Shown here: piece by piece, positions 37,102-48,596 of the stretch
How positions within the stretch are numbered: the first letter of the stretch is position 1
Layout of the letters: each line of letters begins with the position of its first letter
Source of the DNA: Asterias rubens
Taxonomy: Eukaryota
Assembly: GCF_902459465.1 (NCBI RefSeq)
Contig: NC_047080.1
Location: forward strand, 4,650,001 to 4,714,000
Direction of reading: 5' to 3'
Length of the DNA: 64,000 bases
Made by a program: the position numbers and the translations under genes
The notes under the pieces: generated by a model
Databases searched by the model: none
What the model was told of the DNA's origin: nothing
Seen by the model: only the letters and a program-made list of their open reading frames with translations

Positions 37102-38217
37102 CTAGGAAGAGACATTAACAATACCATCAAAACTTCCCATAATAGTCCAATTAACTTATATCCTTCCCACCATGGTCTGAAACAGTGTTCCTGTCTTTCC
37201 TGTATTACTACATGTCTGTTACAATAACATGCATTATTGACTGCCTTGGAAATAGTCAGAAGGTGAACAATTCTGAAAATGGCTTTCTGGCCTGGGTTCC
37301 CCCTAGTTCTAGACCCAGAACCTCCCCGACATTACACTTCAGGAGGCTAAAAAGAATACGTGTCTCACTACAAACCTACAGGTTCGGACACAAAGTACAC
37401 TGTTTCTTTCTCCCTTTGGTGACTGTTTAACTTCGTTCAAGAAAATTGGAAGGCTCAAAGAGATTAAAAGAAAATCCCCAAAACATGAAAATCCTGAGAA
37501 ATCACGCGCCTGATGATCTTTTGCATTAATTTGATACACATTATGCTAAGTTCCTGTTCATCTACATGTTTCCTCATAATAAATAATTTACTTTGTGTGT
37601 GTGTTCAACAGAAAATCCCATAGGGTAAAACACTAGTGCAATTTCCTCAAGCAATTCAGTAGAAAATTTTCAAGCCACTTTAAGACAAAACACTTCCCCT
37701 TTTCATGGTCGGGAAGATTATGTCTCCATTATTAACTTTGTCATGAACAAACCTAAGACCAAAAGCCATAATCCAAAAGGATTATGTGCCTAGTAACCTT
37801 ATCAGTACATCAGTGTTTGGTAATTTCTAATTTTTCATCCTGTCTCTTATCCCCCAGTGGAATGATTCAAACTTTAAATTTCTTAAGAAGTTTCTATTCC
37901 TTCATGAAAACATACTTATAGTTCTTTTAATTTACTTCTAGTATTTCTTGAGAAGTCTCTTGTGTTTAAACAAAATAAATAAAAAGTTCCTTGTATTTAT
38001 TGACAACCTTTTTATAGCTTTTGAAAATTGTCTTTCTTAAGAACTTTTTTTGTATTTCTGAGGAATATTCTTGTATTTTTGGGCAACTTTCTTGTCTTTC
38101 TTGGGAACTTCCTTGGTTGTTCGGGGGAACTTATTTTGTCTTGTGACTCTCTTGTCTTCTTGTTATAATGTCTTCAGTACTTTCTTACATTGCTTCTACC
38201 TCTTATTACTTCTCTCT

Positions 38218-39415
38218 GGGTACGTTCAGACGTGGGGTTAAACTAGTCCTTAATCCAAAAGTGCTAAACTAACCCTGCGTGGGAACGCAATATTCTGGTC
38301 CCCGAGGGTTAATTTGACCCACTGAGCTGGGCTAAACTTAACCCCAAAAATTGGTGGACTAGCCTAACTTAGCCCAGGTTTTACGACCAACCCCCCGCTG
38401 CGAGGCCCAGTAAACCATCGTTGGAACGCAACTGACCTGCTACTTCCGGTCTATTTTAGCCCAAATGACCGCGGCAACAAAGGTGACGTCATTCCACGTG
38501 TATGGATGGATCGGCAGCGATCGGTGGTGTCTTCATGAATCTATGGAGCTATACTATAATATCTCCTTGCGTCTCTCCGCTGCCTTCCCTTTATGTTACC
38601 ATTAAGTGTTGGGGTCCCGGTATTCACCTTCGCCGAAAATGTTTGAAATGGACGTCGCACAAAAACAAGTTCTCATTTTTAGTAGCACTATTTAGTTTTT
38701 AAATTCACTTCTTCTGTGTGCAACGCTACTTTATGATAACGAACGGGTTTTGCTTTGAAGAAAGTGGCATCTAATCACAGCTAAGCTACACACACGGGAT
38801 CGACAATTAAGACCAAAGTTTGGGTTCGAAAACTGGGTTGTATCTGGTTCCTGCCCTCAACAACTTTACGTAACAGTTATACGAGTAGCAGACTAATGTT
38901 GAATTGAAAAACAATTTTTAACGTAACACATGAGAATGTGTGTAGGCTACGACTTCTCAATGACTAAGTTGTGATATATTTACAAAAGTTCACACTCGAA
39001 AATAATTTGAAGCTTTCAACAACAACGTGTAAATGTTTCGTTCATCGAGGGCAGTGCGGAACGGAAACTTCAGCGGGCACAATAGAATTGCGTTTGTGCT
39101 GGGGCCAAGCAAGGATATGAAGTGATTTAGCCGTCTTTAATGATGGAATACATGATGACCATGAGGTTCGTAGAGACGATAGCGGATCGAAACCCTGTGG
39201 AAAACGCATGGACAATGTAACAAACCGGAACCAGCAATGGTAAGGTTCGCCGATGCATGACCCAATAATCAACATCGTGGGCTAGTTTAGTCCGCTTGAC
39301 CAGAATAAACTCACTGTGTGAACGCAAGCCAATTTTGGACTAAGTCATGTTTATCTTTTGGACACCCGCGGTGCTCGGATTAAGGACTAGTTTAACCTCA
39401 CGTCTGAACGTACCC
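38218..39415. mobile_element. ~1.2-kb non-autonomous element, ~40-bp TIR, 3-bp TSD TCT (Harbinger-like)
   Basis: gggtacgttcagacgtggggttaaactagtccttaatcc / ggattaaggactagtttaacctcacgtctgaacgtaccc; TCT on both flanks; no transposase ORF. Confidence 0.82.
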
Positions 39416-39476
39416 TCTGTATCACAACAATAACATCTCTTTCCTAATCCCTTTCTTAGGATAAAACAAGACTTAC

Positions 39477-39599
39477 TTGAGCAGGATAATCCATCCGCAT
39501 CGAGAGTAAATCCCGGATGGCATGAGCATGTATAAGAACCCTCAGCGTTCTTACAACGATGATGGCATCCATGAGCATCCGTCTGACATTCATTCACAT
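39477..39599 (-). CDS. EGFL7: EGFL7/8-like coding exon 5 (calcium-binding EGF)
   Basis: attcctag|AT acceptor, A|GTAAGT donor; 123 nt; DVNECQTDAHGCHHRCKNAEGSYTCSCHPGFTLDADGLSCS. Confidence 0.93.
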
Positions 39600-39637
39600 C
39601 TAGGAATCACAAACCAAGATCACAATCAATTGTATAA

Positions 39638-39968
39638 TTAAAGGAACACGTTGCCTTGGATCGGACGAGTTGGTCTACAAAAAGCGTTTGAAACCGTTTG
39701 TTATAAAATGCATATGATTAGCAAGATATTTTAAAAGTAGAATACAATGATCCACACAAGTATCACTCGAACACTGTTGGCCATATAATTGGCCGACCAT
39801 GTTAGTTCGCAAAGTAAAAGGAAAACCACGCAATTTCAAGGCAAATATGTGTGGATCATTGTATTCTACTTTTAAAGCATCTTTCTAACCTTATGCATTT
39901 CATAACAAAAAGTTATAAACGCTTTTCAAAGAACAGCTCGACCGATCCAAGGCAATGTGTTCCTTTAA
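39638..39968. mobile_element. Family B TTAA-flanked MITE
   Basis: ttaa|aggaacacgttgccttggatcgg ... ccgatccaaggcaatgtgttcct|ttaa. Confidence 0.85.
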
Positions 39969-40215
39969 GTATTAAATATGATGTTTGAAATGCCTCTTTG
40001 GAAGTACAGTTTTGTAGTTTTAATGAGGTGATCCCCCGGCTACTGCTTCCCAGTAGTATCGTAAACTTGGGAGTGAGTGACCAATGGCTCCAGTTGCAAA
40101 ATGTGTTAGATTTTCAAATTTTCCATCTGTAAAAGTTGAAGTTTTCTCTCAGATCTCAAAACTGAACATTTTAATTTGATGCCATCCTGTTATTGGTGAT
40201 TGCATAAAATTGCTG

Positions 40216-40432
40216 NNNNNNNNNNNNNNNNNNNNNNNNNNNNNNNNNNNNNNNNNNNNNNNNNNNNNNNNNNNNNNNNNNNNNNNNNNNNNNNNNNNNN
40301 NNNNNNNNNNNNNNNNNNNNNNNNNNNNNNNNNNNNNNNNNNNNNNNNNNNNNNNNNNNNNNNNNNNNNNNNNNNNNNNNNNNNNNNNNNNNNNNNNNNN
40401 NNNNNNNNNNNNNNNNNNNNNNNNNNNNNNNN
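40216..40432. other. Assembly gap (217 N)
   Basis: Run of N; lies within EGFL intron 4, and flanking exons join in frame without it. Confidence 1.
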
Positions 40433-40872
40433 GGAAAATTGAGGGGAATATTTGGTAAAATTTACAATAAGTTTTGAAATTATTTGTTGCTATTGAGGAA
40501 TCCTTAGACGTACTGTAAGAGACATTTAAATGAAACAATAAAATAAAATAAAACAAACAAAGAGAAAAATCATTTGCAATGAATTTGAGTGTAAAATGTA
40601 AATGAACATATTCTAAATCTGAGTAGCTGCCAAAGAGACTTGGCATTAAAGTTTTATCTATTTGTCAATCACTGAGGATTCTTAAAAAATTTTTGGCAAC
40701 AAATCCCTTAGGTATAAACCTAAGAATTCAATCAACAAGCTTTCCTTTGCATTAAAAGGGTCCCCCCTTGCTTAATCTCAGGACTAGGATTATCTTTAAG
40801 CTGGATTAGGGATGGATAAGAGTCTTACCATCTTGACAATACTGTCCGGACCATCCATTGGGGCAAGCACAG

Positions 40873-41190
40873 GAGTCTGGAGACACACATCTACCTCCAT
40901 TCTCACACGGACGAAGACATAAGGCTAAAATAAATGGGGAAAAAGGGTCACAAACAGGTCAAAAATACTGTAGGAAAAGACAACATAGAATCTCAACTGC
41001 AAAATTTATTTTGAAAAGGAAAACAAGAGAGATCTGGAGTCTGGAGGGACACTACCGCCATTCTCACATGGACGAAGACATAAGGCTAATATAACGGGAT
41101 GAAAAGGGTCATTAACTGGTCAGATATATCTTAGGAAAAGACCTAACAGAATATCAACTACAAAATGTATTTTGAAAGAGAGCACAAGGG
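40873..41190. repeat. ~160-bp diverged tandem duplication
   Basis: gagtctggag...ccattctcac(a)(c/t)ggacgaagacataaggctaa...aaaagggtca...taggaaaagac...ttttgaaa occurs twice. Confidence 0.85.
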
Positions 41191-42212
41191 CATACTTGAC
41201 CCATTCAACATCATTATTTATTATTATTATTACTATATATTTCTGGTAAAGAAACCAAGGATGCCTCATAAGTGAACTTAATCACTCGCAAACCTGAAGC
41301 CTGTAAACAACACGGAAGATCTAAAACCCAACTCATTTGTGGAAAAGGACTTTTAATTTGTCCATGCATCTGCCGATCTTTGACTTACGTTCTTCGCATG
41401 TATCTCCCTGCCATCCTCCCGAACATGTACATGTATCTGGTGTTCGGCAGTATCCATCATTAGCGCATTCCACTGAACAACTAACTGAAATTGACACAAG
41501 AACAAATGATTGTTGGTATTTGATGTTGTAGTGAAATGTTGATTAAAGCGAATGGGTTTGTTTGGGTGGGGTAGGGAGGAGTTCTGCCCAATGCATGAGT
41601 GCTTTCAGTGGCTGATCTAAAGAATGAGTTATTACACCACCAGCTTTGATAAGAACCTTCATAATTACAGAGAGCGATCTTTATATTGTGTGACAGCAAG
41701 AATTGATTCGCCAACAAATCTTCTGAAAATCCAGGTCATGACAGGGCAGTCATCTCTCCCTGATTCTGCAGAAAGTTCCCCGAAAATAAACCAATTTTTC
41801 TGATGAATACAGATTATGGAAACTTTGTCCTTTTATTTATGTTGAATGTAACTCTAAATATCTCCCTTCCTTGATTGCTAACTACATGTAAATCCCCAAT
41901 TTCAAGAACTGACTCCGCGATAATGCAGTTAATTACGATCCTATAAGCTAAAGTGTAGTAGTCTCAGCCAATTTTCTATACCTTCTGCCCGGGTAGTAGT
42001 TAAAAAGCAGGACAGTTCTTTTCAGAAGTCTCCCAAACATCCGACAAATCTACTCCGCGGTAGTAGAATACAGAAAGACAGTTCTCTAAGAACAAACTCT
42101 ACCTGGCAAGTAGATACACACATGGTGTTACCGCAAACCATATATCAACTAAATCTCCCTGAATGCAAGATGCAAATGTTGGAAAGATGCAAATGTTGGA
42201 AAGATGCATTTG

Positions 42213-42491
42213 TTAAAGGAACACGTTGCCTTAGATCGGACGAGTTGGTCTTTGAAAGCATTTGGCCATTTATGGGAGTCAAAAATTGGACTCCCCTAAA
42301 TGGCCGCTTGGCCGACCGGGTTTGTCGACGAGGTAACTAAAAGGAAAACCATGCAATTTCGAGGCATATTTGTGTGGATCATTGTATTCTACTTTTACAA
42401 CATCTTTCCACCCATATGCATTTTATAACAAACGTTTACAAACGCTTTGAATAGACCAACTCTTCCGATCCAAGGCAACGTGTTCCTTTAA
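42213..42491. mobile_element. Family B TTAA-flanked MITE (internally deleted)
   Basis: ttaa|aggaacacgttgcc...ggatcggacgagttggtct ... agaccaactcttccgatccaaggcaacgtgttcct|ttaa. Confidence 0.85.
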
Positions 42492-43486
42492 CATCCCTGT
42501 CGTGACTTCGCATTTCACCCAGGCGGTCTCCACTGTACTATGACCATTCCGGCAGGCAAATCACCATGTACCTAGTGTGTACCTGGGACAACATGCTTCC
42601 TCTGATAACCCCCTTCACTCCCAATCCCCAATGGGAACCACTGACCCTAGAACTCTGCTACCATTGACTGGAAAACCACCACGTCTTATCTCTCTCAAGC
42701 TTGACTTATCCCCTGTCCCAAGTTATCTACCGATTACAACGACATCACCGACCAAAAATAGAAATGTAGACAATTGATGTGGAGCCTGAATTTATCTAAG
42801 AATCAGTGCAGAGTTTCAGTCGGTTAAGGTGACTGCGTGAATGAAACAAACAGTCTACTCCTGTCCAATGAATCGGTAAGAAGCCAAACATGTGGGGGAA
42901 ATTAAGGCTAAGGGTAAAAATATAGTGACATGACAGACTTATATATGCCATAGGGACTGCACTGGAGGAGAGTTAAGGGGGGGGGGACTGGTTACTGGCA
43001 CCAGGTACACAACAAAGAACTGAAAGTTACTAAGACTTCTCAGGTTTAATAGACCTTTATCATGTGAGGCCATCTTGATTTTCTCCCATTCAAATCAGCG
43101 TCACCAAACTGAGGCTTGAAGAATAAATAGTCTGGTTCCTTTTTGTAATTTGCATCCGTTGCCTTTACTGGATACAGGGAAAAAGACCAAGATGGTGGCA
43201 GTGTAATAAAGGTCTATTTGCCTGCATATTCATGATAATGTTTATCGTACAGCCACCACAATAATATCTAGTTCACTATCTTGGTCGTGTTCCCTTTTAC
43301 AGTCCTAATGATAGATTCTCACTCTACCAAAATGACATCATACTATTTTCAGACTAATTAATAAACTTTGGGTTGAACAAAGAAAAACTAACCTTTCTCC
43401 CAATTTTGTCCGTATCTTCGCTCAGGATGACATACTCAACTAGCTTAGGATTTGAAACTTTGCATGGTGGAAATAGGATATGGAAA

Positions 43487-43546
43487 GGTTTGCTTTCTCG
43501 GGAAGACGATCAGAGCAAGTACTGATCGAAATGTCGAGTTGAAACC
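43487..43546 (+). ncRNA. Degenerate minimal type I hammerhead ribozyme motif (Penelope-like element relic)
   Basis: ggttt..ctc | gggaaga | c gatcag-agcaagta-ctgatc | gaaa tgtc | gag..aaacc: stems I and II and the GAAA/UC elements are in register, but CUGAnGA is mutated to GGGAAGA. Confidence 0.5.
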
Positions 43547-44861
43547 AACGGTTCTTTTCAGAACCACCCCAACTCATTTAGAGATAGTCAGACATAATTT
43601 GGTTACTTTGACTTAAATGGTAAAACAAAATGTCTGAACTCTGATAAAAAAAAAAAAAAATGGAATGTGACTTCCCTTGACCCCGGCTACTCTCAAACCT
43701 GTCTCTCTACCAGAAACTTAAAAATCCCCCAGTCCACATTCTTAATCCTTTATTGCTCCTACAGTAAGTCAAGTTGACAGTCACTCTGACAGATCTTTAA
43801 GAGCAATTGATAAGACCCGTCAACTCCCCTTACAGTTTCCCCTCCACTGGATAATACAAGGAAATCAGCGATTGAAAACTAAATGGATTGATGAAGGGAA
43901 CTTGTAGTTGATGTTTCTGGAACAGTTTAAGGAGAGCACTTAAAAGGGGAAAGCGCTTCACCAGCCTGTAATTACACTGAGGCTACAGAGGCAGCGTGCC
44001 CCTTCAAAAGTTTCCAATAGACTTTCGAATGAAAGTACCCTATGCAAAATCAACAAAAACCTTGGCCCTATTAAAGATGAAATTCCATGCCTTGTAAGAC
44101 AAATCAAAGTATATGAGAAACTTTTTAGTTTATTTTATTGTACAGATATAAAATAGGAGCAGCATTTCCAAAGGTTCTGCTTTGCAACTTTACAAACTAA
44201 GCAAGTATATATGCTAAGCAAATTTTAGCCTTTACAAAGAGGACCTCATTAATCCAGAAAGTCTTGGAAAAACTTCCAATATTTTGGGCCAGAATACCCC
44301 AGTTTTGGCAAAACCTGGGGAGAGCCCTGCCCGCAGCCTATTTCACGTAGTGCTAGGATTAAGCCTAGTTTGAGTTACAACGGTAACCCGTCCTAACTCA
44401 GGACGGGATCATTGCGTCGTAATGTCTTCGGATACGGAATTTAACTCATCCTAAGTCCTAAGATTAATCCTAAGTTAGGAAGAGTTTGTTGAAATCGACG
44501 GCTGGTCCTTTAATAGCTGAGTACATTTAGGCTTTCAAAGCTTCTTGTGCACTTTGAGATAAAACATGATCACAACAGCAATCTGCGCTAAGTGCAGACA
44601 GACATTCTTGGGAGGCATGAGGCCGGGGGAAAACAAAGTCAAGGAAAACAAGAATCGGTGAAGGGAGGGTTGGGGAGAGGAAATGTTTTGGAATGTTTAG
44701 TCTTTCAGTGGCCTGGATCTGGATGGCTTAATTGCATTAAGAAATAATGAATCGTTCAATCATTCTAGATTCACTCACAAATATTGAAATTCAATCGCAA
44801 ATAATTGTTGAGCTTTTAAATTGTTGCTGTACCCTCTGTTTGCCTCTAGCTACAAGCAATC

Positions 44862-44945
44862 GCGGTGGTCTAGTGGTTACAGACATCTGCTCTTCAATGG
44901 CAAAGGTCGAGGGTTCCAATCACACCCGAGTAATATGCCTGCGGC
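44862..44945 (+). mobile_element. tRNA-derived SINE head
   Basis: A-box-like ggtctagtgg, B-box-like ggttccaatc, then cacccgagtaatatgc shared with the minus copy at 62925-63040. Confidence 0.6.
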
Positions 44946-45199
44946 TACAGTGCTGAGTAAACAGTGTTTATATTTACAAGATTGTACTCGGAATATCTTT
45001 TAGGATAGCGCCTATTGCCAGCCTGTTAGTTCACTAGTCCATCAGCTTTTTCAATAGTCTATTTGTTAAAATAAATATGGCTTTTCAACACTGAACTAGC
45101 CAGCGGGACTAGTCAATTAGAAAAGTCCTGTAGTGTTTGAACTGGTGTTTTAGCAGCTGAACAGTGTGGAAGGGTGAATGCAACTTTTTGGTTACTCAC

Positions 45200-45295
45200 C
45201 TTTTTGGCAATATTGACCACTGTAACCACTTGGGCAGGCGCATGACTCTGGTGCTACACAACGTCCATTGTTACGGCAATCTATAGTGCAGACGG
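45200..45295 (-). CDS. EGFL7: EGFL7/8-like coding exon 4 (EGF)
   Basis: tttacag|CC acceptor, G|GTGAGT donor; 96 nt; VCTIDCRNNGRCVAPESCACPSGYSGQYCQK. Confidence 0.93.
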
Positions 45296-45703
45296 CTGTA
45301 AATAACAACAACAACGACAACAACAACAATAAATAACAATAACAACAATATTATAAAGAGACGTTCCAGTGTTCCTTTTCACAATGAAGCAGATACTTAA
45401 GAGAAATGTTTACAGTTTTCATCAACTTTTCAAAAAGTTTAAATTTTCAGCTAACTCCTTGACAGTAGAAGAGTTTTATATTGCTGTGATTAATTTCTCA
45501 GCTTTACAAAATTGAATTTTAAAAATTAATATTTGTTTTTTAATGCTTACTGTAATTGAACAATATTAAAATTAAGCTAAGAACAATCATCAAAAATGCA
45601 ATGCAGTTATTGTACCATCTAAAGCTAACATAAAAAATTAATGTGTGTTGAGCTCACACAGATTGGTTTGGGTAGGGGTGTGGTTCAGGGGTGGGGCACT
45701 TAC

Positions 45704-45822
45704 GTTCATTGCAAGATGTTGCTTGTTGGTTATGTTGCCTCCACCCTGGGCAGCATGTGTAGGCAGGGCCTGCATTTTCTTGAACCACATTTCTTGTTCG
45801 GTAAGCCATGCGGTAAAGAGTT
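45704..45822 (-). CDS. EGFL7: EGFL7/8-like coding exon 3 (second half of EMI domain)
   Basis: tttttcag|A acceptor, C|GTAAGT donor; 119 nt; TLYRMAYRTRNVVQENAGPAYTCCPGWRQHNQQATSCNE with the EMI hallmark Y-x-CCPGW. Confidence 0.92.
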
Positions 45823-46059
45823 CTGAAAAATAGAAGCAAAAATATTCAAGCTGTATGTATTCCCAAAAAGCTGTATGCCTTCCAATGGAATATGTAAATT
45901 GCTGTTTCAATCGGTCGAACACAGGGCAAAATTTTACATTATTATGCCTACAAGAATAAAGTCACCAGCTAAAATATCATTCACCTGTACCATTTGTGAC
46001 TGGTGTCCTACCTATTTAATGTGTATCTAGTTGAGAAGAAATGTAAGCAATAGTTTCTG

Positions 46060-46206
46060 TAGTCTTGGTGCAAGACGTTTCTCGTTTTCCTTTTATGCAC
46101 ACCACCGCAACGACTCACCTGACTTAGTCCACACAATGCCCCGCTGTTGGTGAATTGGTCGCTGTATGCGTGAAAGGAAAACGAGAAACGTCTTGCACCA
46201 AGACTA
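46060..46206. mobile_element. MITE with long perfect TIR, TAG...CTA termini, 9-bp TSD (1 mismatch)
   Basis: 37-bp perfect inverted repeat at 46057-46093 / 46173-46209; flanks tagtttctg / cagtttctg. Confidence 0.82.
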
Positions 46207-46277
46207 CAGTTTCTGCTGAAGCAACTTGATGATATTGGGCCTAGGGACCAATGGGTTTGTATCCAGGGATATGCCAA

Positions 46278-46500
46278 AATAATAATAATAATAATAACTT
46301 TCGATTTATATAGCGCCTAATAATTAACACTTAATTCTCTAAGCGCTTTACAAAGAAGTACACTATACAATCTACAACAACATAAATATAACACCACTAC
46401 AAATAACACCACTACAGCATAACGACACAACAATACAAGAATGGTTAACTATTGTAAGAAAAGGTGTAGCTTTAAGGCACTCTTGAAATCATCAAGGGAA
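46278..46500 (-). mobile_element. LINE (L2/CR1-like) 3' tail fragment
   Basis: Minus strand reads tgtaaagcgcttagag...aggcgctatataaat...(ATT)n, a typical L2-clade 3' end; similar short piece at ~33575-33625. Confidence 0.55.
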
Positions 46501-47360
46501 AAATACTTTTTTTTTTTCAAGTTCTCGAGGCTTATTTTTTGAAAGTTAGTCATGTGGATCTGGTATACCATCACCCTTCAAAACACAATGCTTGCCCAAT
46601 TGGGACAGGTCTGACATTTTAAATAAAATCATTTCTCACTATGAATGCTAACTTGACATAATCAAACAGTTACTGAACTTCCTCTAAAAGGTCAAAATGT
46701 CTCGAGTTCAATACCACAGTTGCAGTGAGCCAGACAAGATTGAGATATGGGCCATTTCTTAAAATATACAGACCCAGACTAAGTCTTGTGTCTTTGCTTA
46801 TTAAGGATAAGAATATAGACGAAAACTGAGTGGCATGGTGAAGAGAAAATACTTCAACCTTTAAACAGAGAAAAACTGCAATTTGTTTATAAAAATCACG
46901 ATAAAATACAAGGCTTTGTATACACCCAGCTCCAGTAGTATGAACTTGTCTGTTACAAGGCTCAATACAAGGCTCAAATTGGTAACTGGAACACTAGTCA
47001 CAATTTCATTTCACATGGTGATAGCAAAAAAAAAAACAGAGCGGTCACGCAGGAAGAATAATCCGTAGCTGAAATATATTGAATTTGTTTGAAAAACCCT
47101 TTTCTTAAACCACATTCCTTAGAAGGGAATAGTTTCTCAAAATGCTATATATTATCAAAAGCTGCAGTGCTTCGTACCGAGTAAGTTTTTAGTAGGAACA
47201 TTTGATCGAGTACAAGGACTGACCTATCGCCTATATGCACATTTGGTGTAGCTTTTAAAAGAAATTTCAGGCTATTTAATAATATTTTTCAACTATTTCC
47301 ATGGGCAAAGAAGAAATCATTAATAAGCTTTAAGTAGGAAAAATATAATGCCTGTCTTAC

Positions 47361-47492
47361 GAGTATTTGGTGCAGAGGTAGCCCTGAGGCTGACATCTTG
47401 TGAAGAATGGTTTGAAGTACGGCTGGCAATATGACTCCATTCTGACACCACTAGTTGCATCGTTGGATGAACTCGAGCTACAAACATGACGT
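47361..47492 (-). CDS. EGFL7: EGFL7/8-like coding exon 2 (first half of EMI domain)
   Basis: atttacag|A acceptor, TC|GTAAGA donor; 132 nt; RHVCSSSSSNDATSGVRMESYCQPYFKPFFTRCQPQGYLCTKY (cf. RRVC...ESFVQRVYQPFLTTC...CSTY). Confidence 0.9.
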
Positions 47493-48377
47493 CTGTAAAT
47501 TAAGAAAACAAATTTACAAAACAACCAATTATCTTTCAAGAAAAATACACGCTGTAAGAGTTATTTCATTCCTACTGAGTTGAACAATCAATTTGTGAAA
47601 GAAAATGACATCAACTTCCATCAGTCACTCTGTGGACATTTCTTTGTTTTGAACATTTAAAAACATCCTATTCCTCAACACTGTAAAAAAATAGTGTCCC
47701 TGTTCTTAAGTTTATAATCAGTGAACTTTCAATTCAAATTTAATATAATAAGGTTTATGAAATCATTATAACCAATCCCACACTTTGTCTTTTAAAACTT
47801 CTTTTTACAAATTGCAAAGAAAAAATAATTATTGATGTAAATGCAGTCAACCTTGACCCGATTTGATGTTGCCACAAAAAAAAAAAATTTGACCATGAAG
47901 AGATTGAAGTGTTAGACATCACTTCAAAAATGTAGTTTTATGTTTAAATCACTTGCTACATATTTGATTGCATGGTTACCACACTTGGCATGAACCAAGG
48001 TTTGTTGATTGAATACATGATGTGTTACCATGGGAACGGATAAAACTCAAGTACCCCAAACTGTTTAGCTTGTGAATAAACACAAATTAATGTTTGAATG
48101 TTCATGCATTTCGGAGTTAATGCATATTTGCATTGGGACAGTGGATAGAGGTAAAATGAATTTATAAACATTAATTATGAAGCTTATCTTGACATATTTA
48201 TCTTACAAAGGAATGCTGTTTATCTTAAGGCCATTGAAGCTGATGGGGGTCACAAGGGCATACTCTGTGTTTCTTAAATTGATTAGTGGCCTAGCAGATA
48301 TTCAATTGAGAAAACCATTACAAAAGACAGTGGGACTTGTCCGATTTTGACTTTTGTGGTGAAAAGCTTAAATCATT

Positions 48378-48596
48378 GGCTTACGATCCCGGCCAAATGC
48401 TTTAGGCAACCCATTCAACGTTGCATAAAACCATTTCCTGTACACTTCCCACTGACATTGACAATAATTATTCTCTCCCCAGTCCCGATACCCCCCGCTC
48501 ATTGTTGACTATTACAGAGAAAACCGTGCAATCAGAACCAACATTGAAGTGGGGCAGGGGGCCAAACGAGATATGGCCTGGCCGGGATTGTAAGCC
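48378..48596. mobile_element. Possible degenerate MITE
   Basis: 18-bp inverted repeat ggcttacgatcccggcca / tggccgggattgtaagcc (1 mismatch); no TSD seen. Confidence 0.35.

Noticed and set aside
40149-40646. ORFs of 80-165 aa
   Set aside because: Artefacts of translating the N gap.
47172-47184. TCGTACCGAGTAA resembling miR-126-3p
   Set aside because: It is antisense to the host gene, in the wrong intron, has no hairpin, and belongs to a degenerate family A-like repeat (ctcgttaccaagtaag).
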